This document shows, one piece after another, positions 36,434 through 47,083 of a stretch of DNA of 54,792 nt. Made by a program: the position numbers and the translations under genes. Location: contig JAZNEA010000093.1 of assembly GCA_045588325.1 (NCBI GenBank), positions 1 to 54,792 on the forward strand, written 5' to 3'. Origin of the DNA: Clostridia bacterium. Lineage in GTDB: Bacteria > Bacillota > Clostridia > RGIG7378. The notes under the pieces were generated by a model that saw only the letters and a program-made list of their open reading frames with translations, was not told where the DNA came from and searched no databases. Position 1 is the first letter of the stretch. Every line of letters begins with the position of its first letter.

Positions 36434-37054
36434 ATGAACAATATTTATACCAATTATTTACAAACAGAGGATACAGAACTAATTCAAATTGCTCGCAGTG
36501 GGGACCGTGATGCCCTCAATGCCCTTATGGAGCGCTACAAAACCATGGTTAAGGCCAAGGCTCGCAGTTATTACATCGCAGGTGCAGACATGGAGGACAC
36601 TATCCAGGAGGGCATGATCGGACTATATCACGCTTATGCCAGTTACGATTGTGGCAAGGACGCCAGCTTTAAGACCTTTGCCAACCTGTGTGTGGAGAGG
36701 GCAATGGTTAGCGCCGTTCGCAAGGCCACTGCCAACAGCCAGATCCCTGTGGAAAAATTTGTCTCCCTGTACGACAACGATCAGGAAGGAATAGGCGACG
36801 CGCTGCAGGCGGCTATTGGAGAGGGCGTAGAGTGTGATCCCGAGGAGATTTACCTTCGCAAGAGCCACACCCAGATGTTGCACAAATATGCAGAGGAGCA
36901 CCTATCCGCTATGGAACTGCAGGTTCTGAGGCAGTATTTGCAGGGCAACTCTCAGAGCGAAATTGCAGAGATATTGGGCATCAGCCGCAAGTCGGTGGAC
37001 AATGCTCTGTCCAGGATCAAAGGGAAGCTGGTAAAGACAGATGGCAAAGAGTAA
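36434..37054 (+). CDS. sigH: SigH-like RNA polymerase sigma factor
   Basis: VKAKARSYYIAGADMEDTIQEGMIGL, SFKTFANLCV, SEIAEILGISRKSVDNALSRIKGKL. Confidence 0.85.
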   Translation: MNNIYTNYLQTEDTELIQIARSGDRDALNALMERYKTMVKAKARSYYIAGADMEDTIQEGMIGLYHAYASYDCGKDASFKTFANLCVERAMVSAVRKATANSQIPVEKFVSLYDNDQEGIGDALQAAIGEGVECDPEEIYLRKSHTQMLHKYAEEHLSAMELQVLRQYLQGNSQSEIAEILGISRKSVDNALSRIKGKLVKTDGKE

Positions 37055-38408
37055 GACAGTTTTTGTGTGTCAGGATTGTGGGTATACCAGCCCAAAGTGG
37101 TTGGGCAAGTGTCCAGCCTGCGGACAATGGAATACCATGGCAGAGGAGTTTGTGGTGCAGGAAAAGCATCCTGGTCCTGCTATGCTTCAGGCAGAAAATA
37201 GAGGTAATGCAGTTGAGCTTTCCCGCGTGGACAGCACCGAGTATGGCACCAGATTTACCTCGGGCATACCTGAGTTGGACCGAGTGTTGGGGGGAGGGTA
37301 TGTGCCATCGTCCCTTATATTGCTGGGTGGAGACCCTGGCATAGGAAAGTCCACATTGGTACTGCAGATTTGTGGCAAACTACCTGCCGACAAGAGGGTG
37401 TTGTACGTATCAGGCGAGGAGTCTGCTCCGCAGATCCGCATGAGGGCCCAGAGATTGGGCATAACTCGCCCCAATATCAAGCTACTTAGCGAAAACGCCA
37501 TGTCGGTTATATTGTCCTGCATCGAGAAGGAAAAACCGGATTTTCTCATAATAGACTCCATACAGACCGTGTATAGCGACGAAATGAATTCTGGCCCCGG
37601 TAGCGTGGGACAGGTTCGCGAAGTGACAGGCATGTTGCTCAAGTTGGCCAAAACAGCAGGGATCACAACCATGATTATTGGTCATGTGACCAAGGAGGGC
37701 AATCTGGCAGGCCCCAGAGTGCTGGAGCACATGGTGGACACAGTGCTCTACTTTGAGGGAGAGAGAAATTTGCCTTTTAGAGTGTTGAGAGGTGTAAAGA
37801 ACAGGTTTGGATCCACCAACGAAATTGGCCTTTTTGAAATGACGGGAGAGGGTTTGTGCCCTGTAGAGAATCCTGCAGATGCCATGTTGACCCAGAGGGA
37901 CAGCAATATCAGCGGAGCCTCCGTAGTTTGTGGCATGGAGGGTACCCGCCCGCTGTTAACAGAGATACAGGCGCTGACATCCAAGTCCCCATACAATTTG
38001 CCTAAACGCACCGTCAATGGCACGGACCCCAGTAGAGTAGGCATGTTGCTGGCCGTAGCAGAAAAGAGCATGCGTTTGCCACTGTGGGAGAGAGATGTAT
38101 TTATCAATGTGGCAGGAGGTATCAGGCTGACGGAGCCTGCCTGCGACCTGGGCATACTGGCGGCGGTGTATTCAGCTGTTAAGGACTTGCCTCTGGAGCG
38201 AGGGGCAGTATACTGCGGAGAGGTTGGCCTGACAGGGGAGGTTCGCTCAGTTGCCAGAATAGATGCCCGCATTATGGAGGCGGCCAGAACAGGATTCACG
38301 GACTTTTATCTGCCAAAGGCCAATTATGCCAAGCTGACACAGAGCCAGATCAGGGAGTTCGGCGGCATAAGGTTGCATCCCATAGCAAATGTAAAGGAAT
38401 TGTTCTAA
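37041..38408 (+). CDS. radA: DNA repair protein RadA/Sms
   Basis: CQDCG...CPACG zinc finger, GGDPGIGKST, KNRFG, Lon-like C-terminus. Confidence 0.96.
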   Translation: MAKSKTVFVCQDCGYTSPKWLGKCPACGQWNTMAEEFVVQEKHPGPAMLQAENRGNAVELSRVDSTEYGTRFTSGIPELDRVLGGGYVPSSLILLGGDPGIGKSTLVLQICGKLPADKRVLYVSGEESAPQIRMRAQRLGITRPNIKLLSENAMSVILSCIEKEKPDFLIIDSIQTVYSDEMNSGPGSVGQVREVTGMLLKLAKTAGITTMIIGHVTKEGNLAGPRVLEHMVDTVLYFEGERNLPFRVLRGVKNRFGSTNEIGLFEMTGEGLCPVENPADAMLTQRDSNISGASVVCGMEGTRPLLTEIQALTSKSPYNLPKRTVNGTDPSRVGMLLAVAEKSMRLPLWERDVFINVAGGIRLTEPACDLGILAAVYSAVKDLPLERGAVYCGEVGLTGEVRSVARIDARIMEAARTGFTDFYLPKANYAKLTQSQIREFGGIRLHPIANVKELF

Positions 38409-38446
38409 AGAAAAACTCTGCTAATTTTTGTAGCAGAGTTTCTTTT
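38407..38446. terminator. Bidirectional terminator between radA and the DHHW gene
   Basis: AAACTCTGCTA / TAGCAGAGTTT with A and T tracts. Confidence 0.8.
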
Positions 38447-38448
38447 CG

Positions 38449-39603
38449 CTATTTTGTAATCAGACCAAATTGGTATTCATCAATCAGGGATTCCATATTT
38501 ACCAGCACCAAAGCTCGATCTACGGAAATGTCTGCCAGCAGTCTGCTGATGGGCTGCCCGTAGTATCTCATGTCCACGATAACCAGATCGTAATGTATAG
38601 CCAGGAATGGAACCATGCTGTGTGCAAAGCTGTCTTTAATCAGCAGCAGGGTCTCTCTGTCGGAGTTGTCGCCGTTCTTGGTAACGTAGGTCACGCCGTT
38701 GTTGCCGGAGATAAAGCTGCTGTACTTATCCTTTTGATCCAGGAAAGAGGTATCGTAAAATCCTGCAAAGCTCTTGTTGATCTCAGGGATGCTGGTCGTG
38801 TAATCCATGTCCCCATCATATCGGTAGTATTCCATGGTATCAGGGCCGACCCAGGACATGCCTGCGGTGGACCAAATCGTGCCGTAGAATTCGGAGCTGA
38901 CCTGGGTAATGTCAAAGAAGGATGCGTCCTTAGAAGTCAGACCCCAATGATCCATAAGGGCAACATAGCCCTGGTAGGCTCCTGCGCTGGTCCAGTGGTG
39001 GTCAGTGCGATAATATAGCTCCTGAGGCTCCATATCCAGTCGTCTGAGGCTCATTCGCAGGTCGAGAACGTCCTGTGTGTGGAGAGTGTTGAGGGCCTCA
39101 TTCCACAAATCCCAGTCCACATGGTATGGGTAGGTGCGAGGCAAAACCTGAGGAACTACATCTACAGTTCTGCCGGCCAATGCGATGGTGAGAGGAATAC
39201 CCTGCTCCTCCAGTTTGGCATTAAAGACGTTGAGTGCCTTAAGGTTTTTGTCCATGGTGTCGTAATCTGGATTGTGTACCCAGGCCACCAAAAAACCATT
39301 GTCGCTGAGTACAACATCATGGTTTTGCATTTTGCCCATGGCGATCTCTGTAAATGCCTTAATCTGCACAAAGCCATCTCGCAGAGGGAACTGATCAGAG
39401 TAGTAGGATGCAACATCCTCCATCCACTGCCCGGAGAAAAAACTCTCTGAGTCTGCTACAGGTAGAGTCTGCAGGAATCGGTTTTCCTGTGAGGAGAACT
39501 CATTGTCCGGAACCAGCCAAAAGGCAATGGCAAACCCAAAGATAAAGCCCATCACAAGGACAATGGTCACAATATTGAGAATTTTATCAAAACGTGTGTT
39601 CAT
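38449..39603 (-). CDS. DHHW family protein (AlgX/AlgJ-like O-acetyltransferase partner)
   Basis: YYRTDHHWT, KDSFAH, N-terminal TM, DQFPLRD. Confidence 0.88.
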   Translation of the reverse strand: MNTRFDKILNIVTIVLVMGFIFGFAIAFWLVPDNEFSSQENRFLQTLPVADSESFFSGQWMEDVASYYSDQFPLRDGFVQIKAFTEIAMGKMQNHDVVLSDNGFLVAWVHNPDYDTMDKNLKALNVFNAKLEEQGIPLTIALAGRTVDVVPQVLPRTYPYHVDWDLWNEALNTLHTQDVLDLRMSLRRLDMEPQELYYRTDHHWTSAGAYQGYVALMDHWGLTSKDASFFDITQVSSEFYGTIWSTAGMSWVGPDTMEYYRYDGDMDYTTSIPEINKSFAGFYDTSFLDQKDKYSSFISGNNGVTYVTKNGDNSDRETLLLIKDSFAHSMVPFLAIHYDLVIVDMRYYGQPISRLLADISVDRALVLVNMESLIDEYQFGLITK

Positions 39604-39613
39604 GGTTGCCTCC

Positions 39614-41026
39614 TCAGAATCTAAAGTACAGGAATGGATTAAAGGAAGAATCCACCAGGTATGCTGTGCACAATACCAGCAGAACCACGCACCCAGCCAA
39701 TGTCAGCGCCCTGACCACAGGGGAGGCATCGTACAGCTTGCGCCAAATGCGCTTGGGCAGTGCGGTGGAAGCCAGTCCCAGAATGACCAACAGAGGCAGG
39801 TTCCGCAGCAGGTCAAACAGGTCGCGCTGATTCAGGAACTGAGCCGTTCCAACTCCGAACATATTGCCCAGCCATTGCATGCCGGCTCCCAGATCCTCAA
39901 ATACAAAGAGCAGCCAGCCAAAGAGGACAAATACCAGGGTGTACAGGTGGCCAACCCACTTGGGTGCCTTGCCCAGCAGGTTGAGCAGGAATCGCTTCTC
40001 AACTACCAGCAACAGGAAGAAATACAGCCCCCACAGGATAAAGTTCCAGTTGGCTCCGTGCCAGAAGCCTGTCAGGAACCATACGGCCAGCAGGTTCAGA
40101 TACATGCGTCCCTCACCTCTGCGGTTGCCACCAAGGGGGATGTATACGTATTCCTTGAACCAGGTGGACAGGGAAATGTGCCATCTGCGCCAGAATTCTG
40201 TAATGCTGCGGGATATGTAGGGATAGTTAAAGTTCTCCAGGAACGTAAATCCAAACATTTTGCCAAGGCCTATTGCCATATCGGAATATGCGGAGAAGTC
40301 AAAATAAATCTGGAATGCGTAAAAGATAAGGCCTAACCAGCTGCCCAACACGGTGCGGGAATCCACAGAAACTGCGGACATGATGGTCCACATCTCACCA
40401 GCAGGATTGGCCAGCAAGACCTTCTTGGCAAGACCGGCCATGAAGGTGCGGATACCGTCGGCAAACAGGGAGGAACTGTGCTCCCTGTTGCGCAACTGAT
40501 CGTCAATATCCTTGTATCTGACGATGGGACCTGCGATCAGCTGAGGGAACATAGTTACATATGCACCAAATGAAAGGACATTTGGTTGCACGTTGGCGTC
40601 CTGCCTGTACACATCCACAACGTAGGACAATGACTGGAATGTGTAGAAAGAAATGCCGATAGGCAAGGCCAGCCCCAGAGGCTGCATCCAGTCCAATCCC
40701 GGAATCAGTCGCAGGTTGGACACGAAGAAATCGTAGTACTTAAAGAATCCCAGCAGGCCCAAGTCCACAATAGCTGTGATAACAAGGGCACGTCTGCTGC
40801 CCGGGGTACCTCTCAGTCGGTCCACAAACAGTCCACCTAGATATGAAACCGCAATTGTAAAAATCATCAACAATACGTACAAGGGCTCTCCCCATCCATA
40901 AAAGACAAGGCTAACCGCCAGCAGCATCACATTGCGGGCAAAGAGGTATCTGGCCGGCACAGCAAAATACAGCAGCAGCACAGCAGGCAGATACATAAAT
41001 AGAAACTCAAGACTGGAAAATACCAC
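39614..41026 (-). CDS. MBOAT family O-acyltransferase (AlgI/DltB-like)
   Basis: LPIGISFYTFQ, FPQLIAGPIVRY, YFDFSAYSDMAIG, FWRRWHISLS, WHGANWNF; GTG 41026 behind GGAGGT. Confidence 0.95.
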   Translation of the reverse strand: MVFSSLEFLFMYLPAVLLLYFAVPARYLFARNVMLLAVSLVFYGWGEPLYVLLMIFTIAVSYLGGLFVDRLRGTPGSRRALVITAIVDLGLLGFFKYYDFFVSNLRLIPGLDWMQPLGLALPIGISFYTFQSLSYVVDVYRQDANVQPNVLSFGAYVTMFPQLIAGPIVRYKDIDDQLRNREHSSSLFADGIRTFMAGLAKKVLLANPAGEMWTIMSAVSVDSRTVLGSWLGLIFYAFQIYFDFSAYSDMAIGLGKMFGFTFLENFNYPYISRSITEFWRRWHISLSTWFKEYVYIPLGGNRRGEGRMYLNLLAVWFLTGFWHGANWNFILWGLYFFLLLVVEKRFLLNLLGKAPKWVGHLYTLVFVLFGWLLFVFEDLGAGMQWLGNMFGVGTAQFLNQRDLFDLLRNLPLLVILGLASTALPKRIWRKLYDASPVVRALTLAGCVVLLVLCTAYLVDSSFNPFLYFRF

Positions 41027-41198
41027 GACAACCTCCGGGAAATGTAGTGATGTGCTCACGAAAATCGCTAGCTAGTATAAGTGTATACAATGAAAATACC
41101 ATTAAATAGAGTATAGGTAAAGAAAGGACTTTGCAATTTGTTTGTGTTGGATTTGTATTTGGTTAATGCTAAAATAAAATTATCTATGTGGAGGTGTT

Positions 41199-41987
41199 AT
41201 GAAGGGTTTTGTTAAGGCCATAGTATACACAGTGGTTTGCGTCCTGATATTTGAGTGTGTCCAGGTTCTGGTTTCCTACGGAGCGTTGGTCATTATCAGG
41301 ATGATTGCAGGAGCGGATTTCGCATCTGTCTACTATTACCACATCAATATTATTGGTGCGGTGGCCGATTTTCTGTGCATTGCCTTGCTTGTGCTGTTCC
41401 TTAGCAGGCTTGGCCTGGATGTCAGGTCAGAGCTCAACCTTAACCCCATCAATATGCGTAATGCCCTGGCCTGCCTGGTTGCAGGAGTGGCTATGCTGAT
41501 TTTTGTAAATGGCATACTCACCATATTGCCTATTCCTGACAATTGGTGGGCAGATTATTCAGATGCATCCCAGAGTCTGGCCGAGGGCCCGTTTTGGGCA
41601 CAGGTGCTGTTCACATGTCTGGCGGCTCCCTTATGCGAAGAGGTGGTGTTCCGAGGGCTTATTTATGGCAACTGCCGCAGGAACATGCCCATGGCTCCAG
41701 CTGTTATAATAGGCGCCGCGGCCTTTGGCATTGTGCATGGCCAGTTTTTATGGATTTCATATGCCATGGTATGCGGGTTTTTCATGATTATGGCATACAA
41801 TAATACAGGTTCCCTGTGGGGTAGCATTCTCATGCACATTGGATTCAACGGGTTTTCTCAGTTTGCCCCTGCAGACTGGGATATCAGCGGTCCACAGTGG
41901 CTCATTGTCTCTATCATAGTGATGGTGGGTGCCTATGTGGTTATGACTCCAGCTAATATACATAAAAAGCAAAACAAAGAGGCCTGA
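41199..41987 (+). CDS. CPBP family intramembrane metalloprotease
   Basis: APLCEEVVFRG, FGIVH, SILMHIGFN. Confidence 0.9.
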   Translation: MKGFVKAIVYTVVCVLIFECVQVLVSYGALVIIRMIAGADFASVYYYHINIIGAVADFLCIALLVLFLSRLGLDVRSELNLNPINMRNALACLVAGVAMLIFVNGILTILPIPDNWWADYSDASQSLAEGPFWAQVLFTCLAAPLCEEVVFRGLIYGNCRRNMPMAPAVIIGAAAFGIVHGQFLWISYAMVCGFFMIMAYNNTGSLWGSILMHIGFNGFSQFAPADWDISGPQWLIVSIIVMVGAYVVMTPANIHKKQNKEA

Positions 41988-41989
41988 GT

Positions 41990-42943
41990 ATGAAGATAGC
42001 AATTTTAGATGTATGCACAGTTACAAATGGAGATGTTTCCCTGGACAAAATTGAGGCACTTGGGGATGTGGTTTTGCATGACGTGGTGCCAGTAGAGAGA
42101 GTTCCCGAGGCCATAGGAGATGCAGATGCTGTCATTGTCAACAAAGCTGAGATCACAGATAAAGTCATGGAGGCATGTCCCAATCTTAAGTATATAGGGC
42201 TGTTTGCCACAGGCTATAACAACATAGATATTGCGGCAGCCGACAGGCACGGAGTTACAGTGTGCAATGTGCCTGGGTATTCCACAGACTCTGTGGCACA
42301 GATGACTATTGCCATGATTTTGAATTTTGCTACCAGCATTGGGAGATACGACCAATCCACACACCAGGGTGACTGGACTCGCATGGATCGGTTTTCATAC
42401 ATGCCTTATCCCATCATGGAGCTCAGAGGAAAAACCTTGGGCATCTATGGATTTGGCACCATAGGCAGACAGGTTGCAGCAGTTGCGCAGGCCCTGGGAA
42501 TGGAGATAATTGTGCACAATCGTAGCATCCCCAAGGATTGTCCTTACCCGATGGTATCCATGGAGGAGATATTCGCCAGGTCAGACTTTTTGTCATTCCA
42601 TTGTCCTCTTAACGACCAGTCAAGACACATAATCAACAGGGACACCCTGGCGCTAATGAAACCCACCGCCTATCTTATTAATACAGCCAGGGGTGGCCTG
42701 GTCAAGGAGCAGGAGCTGGCGGACGCTCTGAGACAGGGAGTTATTGCCGGAGCGGGCATAGACGTATTGACTGTGGAACCCATGACACCAGAACATCCAT
42801 ATCTGGATGCGCCCAATATGATTATTACTCCTCATGTGGCCTGGGCCGCGCTGGAGTCAAGACAGCGTCTTATTACCAAGGTGGCAGAAAATCTCTCTGC
42901 CTTCATGAGGGGATGCCCTATAAATACTGTAAATGGCAGGTGA
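41990..42943 (+). CDS. D-2-hydroxyacid dehydrogenase (glycerate dehydrogenase-like)
   Basis: ATGYNNID, GIYGFGTIG, LINTARGG, DVLTVEP, TPHVAW. Confidence 0.93.
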   Translation: MKIAILDVCTVTNGDVSLDKIEALGDVVLHDVVPVERVPEAIGDADAVIVNKAEITDKVMEACPNLKYIGLFATGYNNIDIAAADRHGVTVCNVPGYSTDSVAQMTIAMILNFATSIGRYDQSTHQGDWTRMDRFSYMPYPIMELRGKTLGIYGFGTIGRQVAAVAQALGMEIIVHNRSIPKDCPYPMVSMEEIFARSDFLSFHCPLNDQSRHIINRDTLALMKPTAYLINTARGGLVKEQELADALRQGVIAGAGIDVLTVEPMTPEHPYLDAPNMIITPHVAWAALESRQRLITKVAENLSAFMRGCPINTVNGR

Positions 42944-42950
42944 GACATAG

Positions 42951-44108
42951 ATGATTAACCAGAGGTATTGCGAATCCTTCAAAAAGTGTGGCGGTTGCAC
43001 CATGCTTAACCGCACGTACGAGGAGCAACTGAAAATTAAAGAAAATCGCTGCAAGGATTTGCTAAGGGGTATTTGCCGCACGGACAGGATTGTCGGAATG
43101 GCAGACCCTTGGTATTACAGGAACAAGGTGCACCGTAGCTTTGCCTCCGATCACAGAGGCAGAGTGTTGACTGGCACATATGAGCCAGGATCTCACAGGT
43201 TGGTGGCAGCGGATAAGTGCCTGTTGGAAAATCGTCGTACGGCAGCTATTATCGAGGGCATTCGACTGTTGGTGGAGGACTTTAGGATTCCCGTATTTAA
43301 CGAGGTTACGATGCGAGGCTATATGCGTCGCGTGCTTATTCGTACATCCAGAACCACCGGAGAAATCATGGTGGTGTTGGTTGTGGCAGACCTGGCCTTC
43401 CCGTGCAAAAATGACTTTATGAAGGTGCTAAGACAGAACCATCCTGAGATATCCACGCTGATTCTCAACGTAAACAGGGCTCATACGCCGGTGATTCTTG
43501 GCCAGCGCTCAGAGGTAGTGTTTGGCAGGGGATATATTGAGGACACACTGTGTGGAAAGGTATTCCGCATTTCTCCCAGCTCGTTTTTCCAGATAAATCC
43601 CGCACAGACAGAGGTTTTGTACCAGACGGCCATCGACCTGGCAGAAATAGATGACAGTGACCTGGTAGTAGATGCATATTGTGGCATTGGTACTATAGGA
43701 ATCATTGCTGCAGACAGGGCCTGGCATGTGGTTGGAGTTGAAAATAACAAGTCGGCAGTCAGAGATGCTGTTATCAACAAGAGGGAGAACGGCTTGACCA
43801 ACATGTCCCTGTATTGTGGGGATGCCGGCGAGTTTTTAGAGGCTATGGCAAACGACGACGAACAAGTGGACGTGGTGTTTATGGATCCACCCAGAACAGG
43901 CAGCACCAGGCAGTTTATGGATGCAGTCATCCGTCTGTTCCCCAGGAGAGTAGTCTATATTTCCTGCAATCCAGAGACACTGGCCAGGGACCTGAAATAC
44001 ATGTGCGCCAGGGGATATGCAGCAGTCAGAGCCATTCCCTTTGATCAATTCCCTTGGACAGATCACACAGAATGCGTGGTTCTGCTGGTAAATAAGAATT
44101 ACGCATAA
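42951..44108 (+). CDS. rlmD: 23S rRNA (uracil-C5)-methyltransferase RlmD family, no TRAM domain
   Basis: C..FKKCGGC, YRNK, SFFQIN, DAYCGIG, DPPR, YISCNP. Confidence 0.9.
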   Translation: MINQRYCESFKKCGGCTMLNRTYEEQLKIKENRCKDLLRGICRTDRIVGMADPWYYRNKVHRSFASDHRGRVLTGTYEPGSHRLVAADKCLLENRRTAAIIEGIRLLVEDFRIPVFNEVTMRGYMRRVLIRTSRTTGEIMVVLVVADLAFPCKNDFMKVLRQNHPEISTLILNVNRAHTPVILGQRSEVVFGRGYIEDTLCGKVFRISPSSFFQINPAQTEVLYQTAIDLAEIDDSDLVVDAYCGIGTIGIIAADRAWHVVGVENNKSAVRDAVINKRENGLTNMSLYCGDAGEFLEAMANDDEQVDVVFMDPPRTGSTRQFMDAVIRLFPRRVVYISCNPETLARDLKYMCARGYAAVRAIPFDQFPWTDHTECVVLLVNKNYA

Positions 44109-44148
44109 ACCAGGTCAGAGACGGACAATAAACAGTGTATACAAACGC

Positions 44149-44185
44149 CATGGGCGGTCTCATAACAGAGGCCGCCCATGTTTTT
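44149..44185. terminator. Terminator between convergent genes
   Basis: CATGGGCGGTCTC / GAGGCCGCCCATG-TTTTT. Confidence 0.8.
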
Positions 44186-44186
44186 C

Positions 44187-45188
44187 CTACTTCATTGCCT
44201 CTGTTGCAAACTCTGTATTCACCATGTCCTGGTAGACAGGACGTGCGGAGAGCTCACCCGCAGACTCCATAATGACCATGAGGGATTCAAGTGCCTCGGG
44301 CTCCATAATGGGATCAGAGCACCAGGCATCTATGGACATGTAACGCTCTATTGCCTGTGTCAGTATATCCAGGTCCGTATCAGGGAAGCTGGGCAACACC
44401 ACCTGGGCAATTTCTCGGGGAGTGTGTTCGAAGCAGAATTGCTGCCCCTTGTAAATGGCGTTGGTAAAGCTCTGTATGACGTCGGGGTGCTCCTCCATGT
44501 ATTCCTTGCTGGCAAAGTAGGCAGTATATGGAATGTAGCCGCTGTTTTCGCCAATGGAGGCTACGACATAGCCCTGTCCTTGCTGTTCGAAGGAGGAGGC
44601 TGTGGGCTCAAACAGGGTTACAAAGTCACCTGTTCCGCCGGTGAATGCCCCTGGAGTCAAGGCAAAGCTGATGGAGGTGTCAAGGGTAATGTCTTTTTCG
44701 ATATCAATTCCCTTTTGCTTCAGTACGTACTCAAAAGTCATCTCTGGAACGCCACCGACTCTGCCTCCGATGACATACTTGCCCTTTAACATATCCCAGC
44801 TAAAGTTGTCGATCTTCTCTCTGGACACCAGGAAAGCTCCGTCACGCTGCGTCAGCTGGGCAAAAATAACGGAGTGGTTTTCATTTCCCTGATTATAGAC
44901 ATAAATCGCAGCCTCAGGTCCAGCCAAGCCTATTTGAGCTTCGCCAGAAATGACAGAAGTCATTACTTTGTCGGCACCACCGCCGTTTATCAGTTGTACA
45001 TCCAGCCCCTCTTCGGCAAAATACCCCTGGTTGATAGCCACGTACTGTGGGGCATAAAACACGGAGTGTGTTACCTCGCTGAGTATAATTGTGTGGTCAT
45101 CCGCAGATTTGTCACACCCGCATAGCACAAGGCATACTGCTGTTGCCATTACAAGCAGTAAAGGCAGCAATTTTTTTGTTAGTTTCAT
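44187..45188 (-). CDS. ABC substrate-binding lipoprotein, NMT1/THI5/SsuA-like
   Basis: Lipobox VLCGC; HSVFYAPQYVA, GYFAEEGLDV, GGVPEMT, FEPTAS. Confidence 0.88.
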   Translation of the reverse strand: MKLTKKLLPLLLVMATAVCLVLCGCDKSADDHTIILSEVTHSVFYAPQYVAINQGYFAEEGLDVQLINGGGADKVMTSVISGEAQIGLAGPEAAIYVYNQGNENHSVIFAQLTQRDGAFLVSREKIDNFSWDMLKGKYVIGGRVGGVPEMTFEYVLKQKGIDIEKDITLDTSISFALTPGAFTGGTGDFVTLFEPTASSFEQQGQGYVVASIGENSGYIPYTAYFASKEYMEEHPDVIQSFTNAIYKGQQFCFEHTPREIAQVVLPSFPDTDLDILTQAIERYMSIDAWCSDPIMEPEALESLMVIMESAGELSARPVYQDMVNTEFATEAMK

Positions 45189-45298
45189 AGGGTCTCCTGA
45201 AAATTTATATATTGTAGACTATGCGCAGACGTAAATAGTGTGATAACAGGCCCACCTGTGTTATTATATAAAGAGAATCTTTGAGTGAGGAGATAACC

Positions 45299-45982
45299 AT
45301 GAGCCAATACAAGTATTTGCTATTCGATGCAGATGAGACCCTGTTCGATTTTAAGAAGGCAGAGGCCATGGGCCTTAGCCGTACATTTGAGGAAATGGGA
45401 CTGCAACCTACACCGGAGATTATTGGCGAGTATCACAGGTATAATGACAGCCTGTGGAAGGCTCTGGAACGTGGGGAGATCACCAAGGCCGAGCTCAAGA
45501 TTGATAGGTTCAGACATATTATTAAGAGGTTTGGATTGTCGGAGGCGGATCCCTATGAGATGGGCGAGAGATATGTTTATAATCTGGGCCTTGGATGTTA
45601 CCTTTTACCAGGAGCCATGGAGGTTGTTCGGCAGTTGTCTGATAGATACCATCTCAGCATTATTACAAACGGAGTGGCCTACGTTCAGCATACTCGATTT
45701 GACGCATCTGGGCTCCAACCATATTTTAAGGAATTGTTCATTTCCGATGAGATGGGAGTCCAAAAGCCAGACAAAGGGTTTTTTGATATAGTGCTGGACA
45801 CCTTGGGAGCAGATAGGAGCCAGTGCCTGGTTATAGGAGACTCCCTGTCATCAGACATGAGAGGAGCTCACAACGCAGGCATTCACAAGTGCTGGTATAA
45901 CAGAACTGGCCAGCCGGCAAACGTAGATTTTTCCATAGAATACGAGATAAAACACATCGAGGAACTGCTGCAGATGTTGTAG
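45299..45982 (+). CDS. YjjG-like HAD nucleotidase
   Basis: LLFDADETL, IITNG, KPD, IGDSLSSD. Confidence 0.9.
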   Translation: MSQYKYLLFDADETLFDFKKAEAMGLSRTFEEMGLQPTPEIIGEYHRYNDSLWKALERGEITKAELKIDRFRHIIKRFGLSEADPYEMGERYVYNLGLGCYLLPGAMEVVRQLSDRYHLSIITNGVAYVQHTRFDASGLQPYFKELFISDEMGVQKPDKGFFDIVLDTLGADRSQCLVIGDSLSSDMRGAHNAGIHKCWYNRTGQPANVDFSIEYEIKHIEELLQML

Positions 45983-46006
45983 CACAGGCAAACACAGGAG
46001 GACAAA

Positions 46007-47083
46007 GTGAACAACACATTGGTGCTGATACCTTGTTATAAGCCCGACGAAAAGCTGCTCAAGCTTATAGACGACCTACACGATGCAGGTATTTTGCATA
46101 TCATGGTTGTGGATGATGGCGGCGGAGACACATACGATTCCATCTTTCAGGGAGCACGGGATAAAGGATGTATGGTATACAGATACCCTACCAACAGAGG
46201 CAAGGGGTATGCCATGAAGTATGGCATGGCCCAAATACCTACACTGGATATGGAATGTCATCGTGTAATTACCGCAGATTGTGACGGTCAGCATACGCCA
46301 CAGGACATCTGCAGAGTCATTGATACATCAAAGGAGTTTCCCGACGACCTGATTCTGGGCGGTCGCAGATTTACCGGCAACGTGCCCTTTAAGAGCAGAT
46401 TTGGCAACGCCTTTTCGAGGTGCGCCTTTTATCTCATGTCCGGAGCCAAGGTGCACGATACTCAGACAGGCCTGAGAGCATTGCCGGCGTCCAGTCTGGA
46501 TGTGCTGTCTGTTTCTGAGGGAGACCGCTACGAATATGAGATGAATGTCCTGTCGGACTGTGGCGAGTACGGCATACATATTCGCGAAATCCCCATAGAG
46601 ACTATATACATTGATGGCAACAAGTCCTCACATTTTAGGGTTATCAGGGATTCGCTGCTGATTTACAAAAACCCGCTGAAATACATAGGGGTTGCCCTGT
46701 CGTCCTTTGTGATTGACGTAGTGTTGTTTGCTGTTCTGTCATCAACAAAGGTTATGGATATTGCGGTGCCAGAGACTATTCAGGAGTTTTTTTCCACTAA
46801 GGTCTTGTTGCCCACGGTAATGGCCAGGGTTGTTTCATCGGTGTACAACTTTGTCATGAACAAAAAGGTGGTCTTCAGGCATAAGGGCAAAACGGCCACT
46901 ACCTTTGGCGAATATGCGGCTCTGGCGGTGGTCATCATGATTATATCCGCCCTGACGCTGGGTTTTGTAGACAAGATATTGCCCTGGGGAACAGTGTTTA
47001 TCAAGGCGTTGGTAGATTTGGTTCTGTTCGTGGTTAATTATCTGGTACAAAAGAGGTTCATTTTCAGGAAGGGGAAGAGATGA
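46007..47083 (+). CDS. GT2 glycosyltransferase fused to a GtrA domain
   Basis: LIPCYKP, VVDDG, NRGKG, TADCDGQH, DTQTGLR; C-terminal four-TM GtrA-like region. Confidence 0.9.
   Translation: MNNTLVLIPCYKPDEKLLKLIDDLHDAGILHIMVVDDGGGDTYDSIFQGARDKGCMVYRYPTNRGKGYAMKYGMAQIPTLDMECHRVITADCDGQHTPQDICRVIDTSKEFPDDLILGGRRFTGNVPFKSRFGNAFSRCAFYLMSGAKVHDTQTGLRALPASSLDVLSVSEGDRYEYEMNVLSDCGEYGIHIREIPIETIYIDGNKSSHFRVIRDSLLIYKNPLKYIGVALSSFVIDVVLFAVLSSTKVMDIAVPETIQEFFSTKVLLPTVMARVVSSVYNFVMNKKVVFRHKGKTATTFGEYAALAVVIMIISALTLGFVDKILPWGTVFIKALVDLVLFVVNYLVQKRFIFRKGKR

Noticed and set aside
41199-41987. CPBP/'Abi' protein as an abortive-infection gene
   Set aside because: The motifs are those of the CAAX-type intramembrane protease family; the context is housekeeping
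45189-45298. TPP or other riboswitch ahead of the NMT1/THI5-like binding protein
   Set aside because: The 110-bp gap is shared with a divergent gene and shows no recognisable aptamer motif
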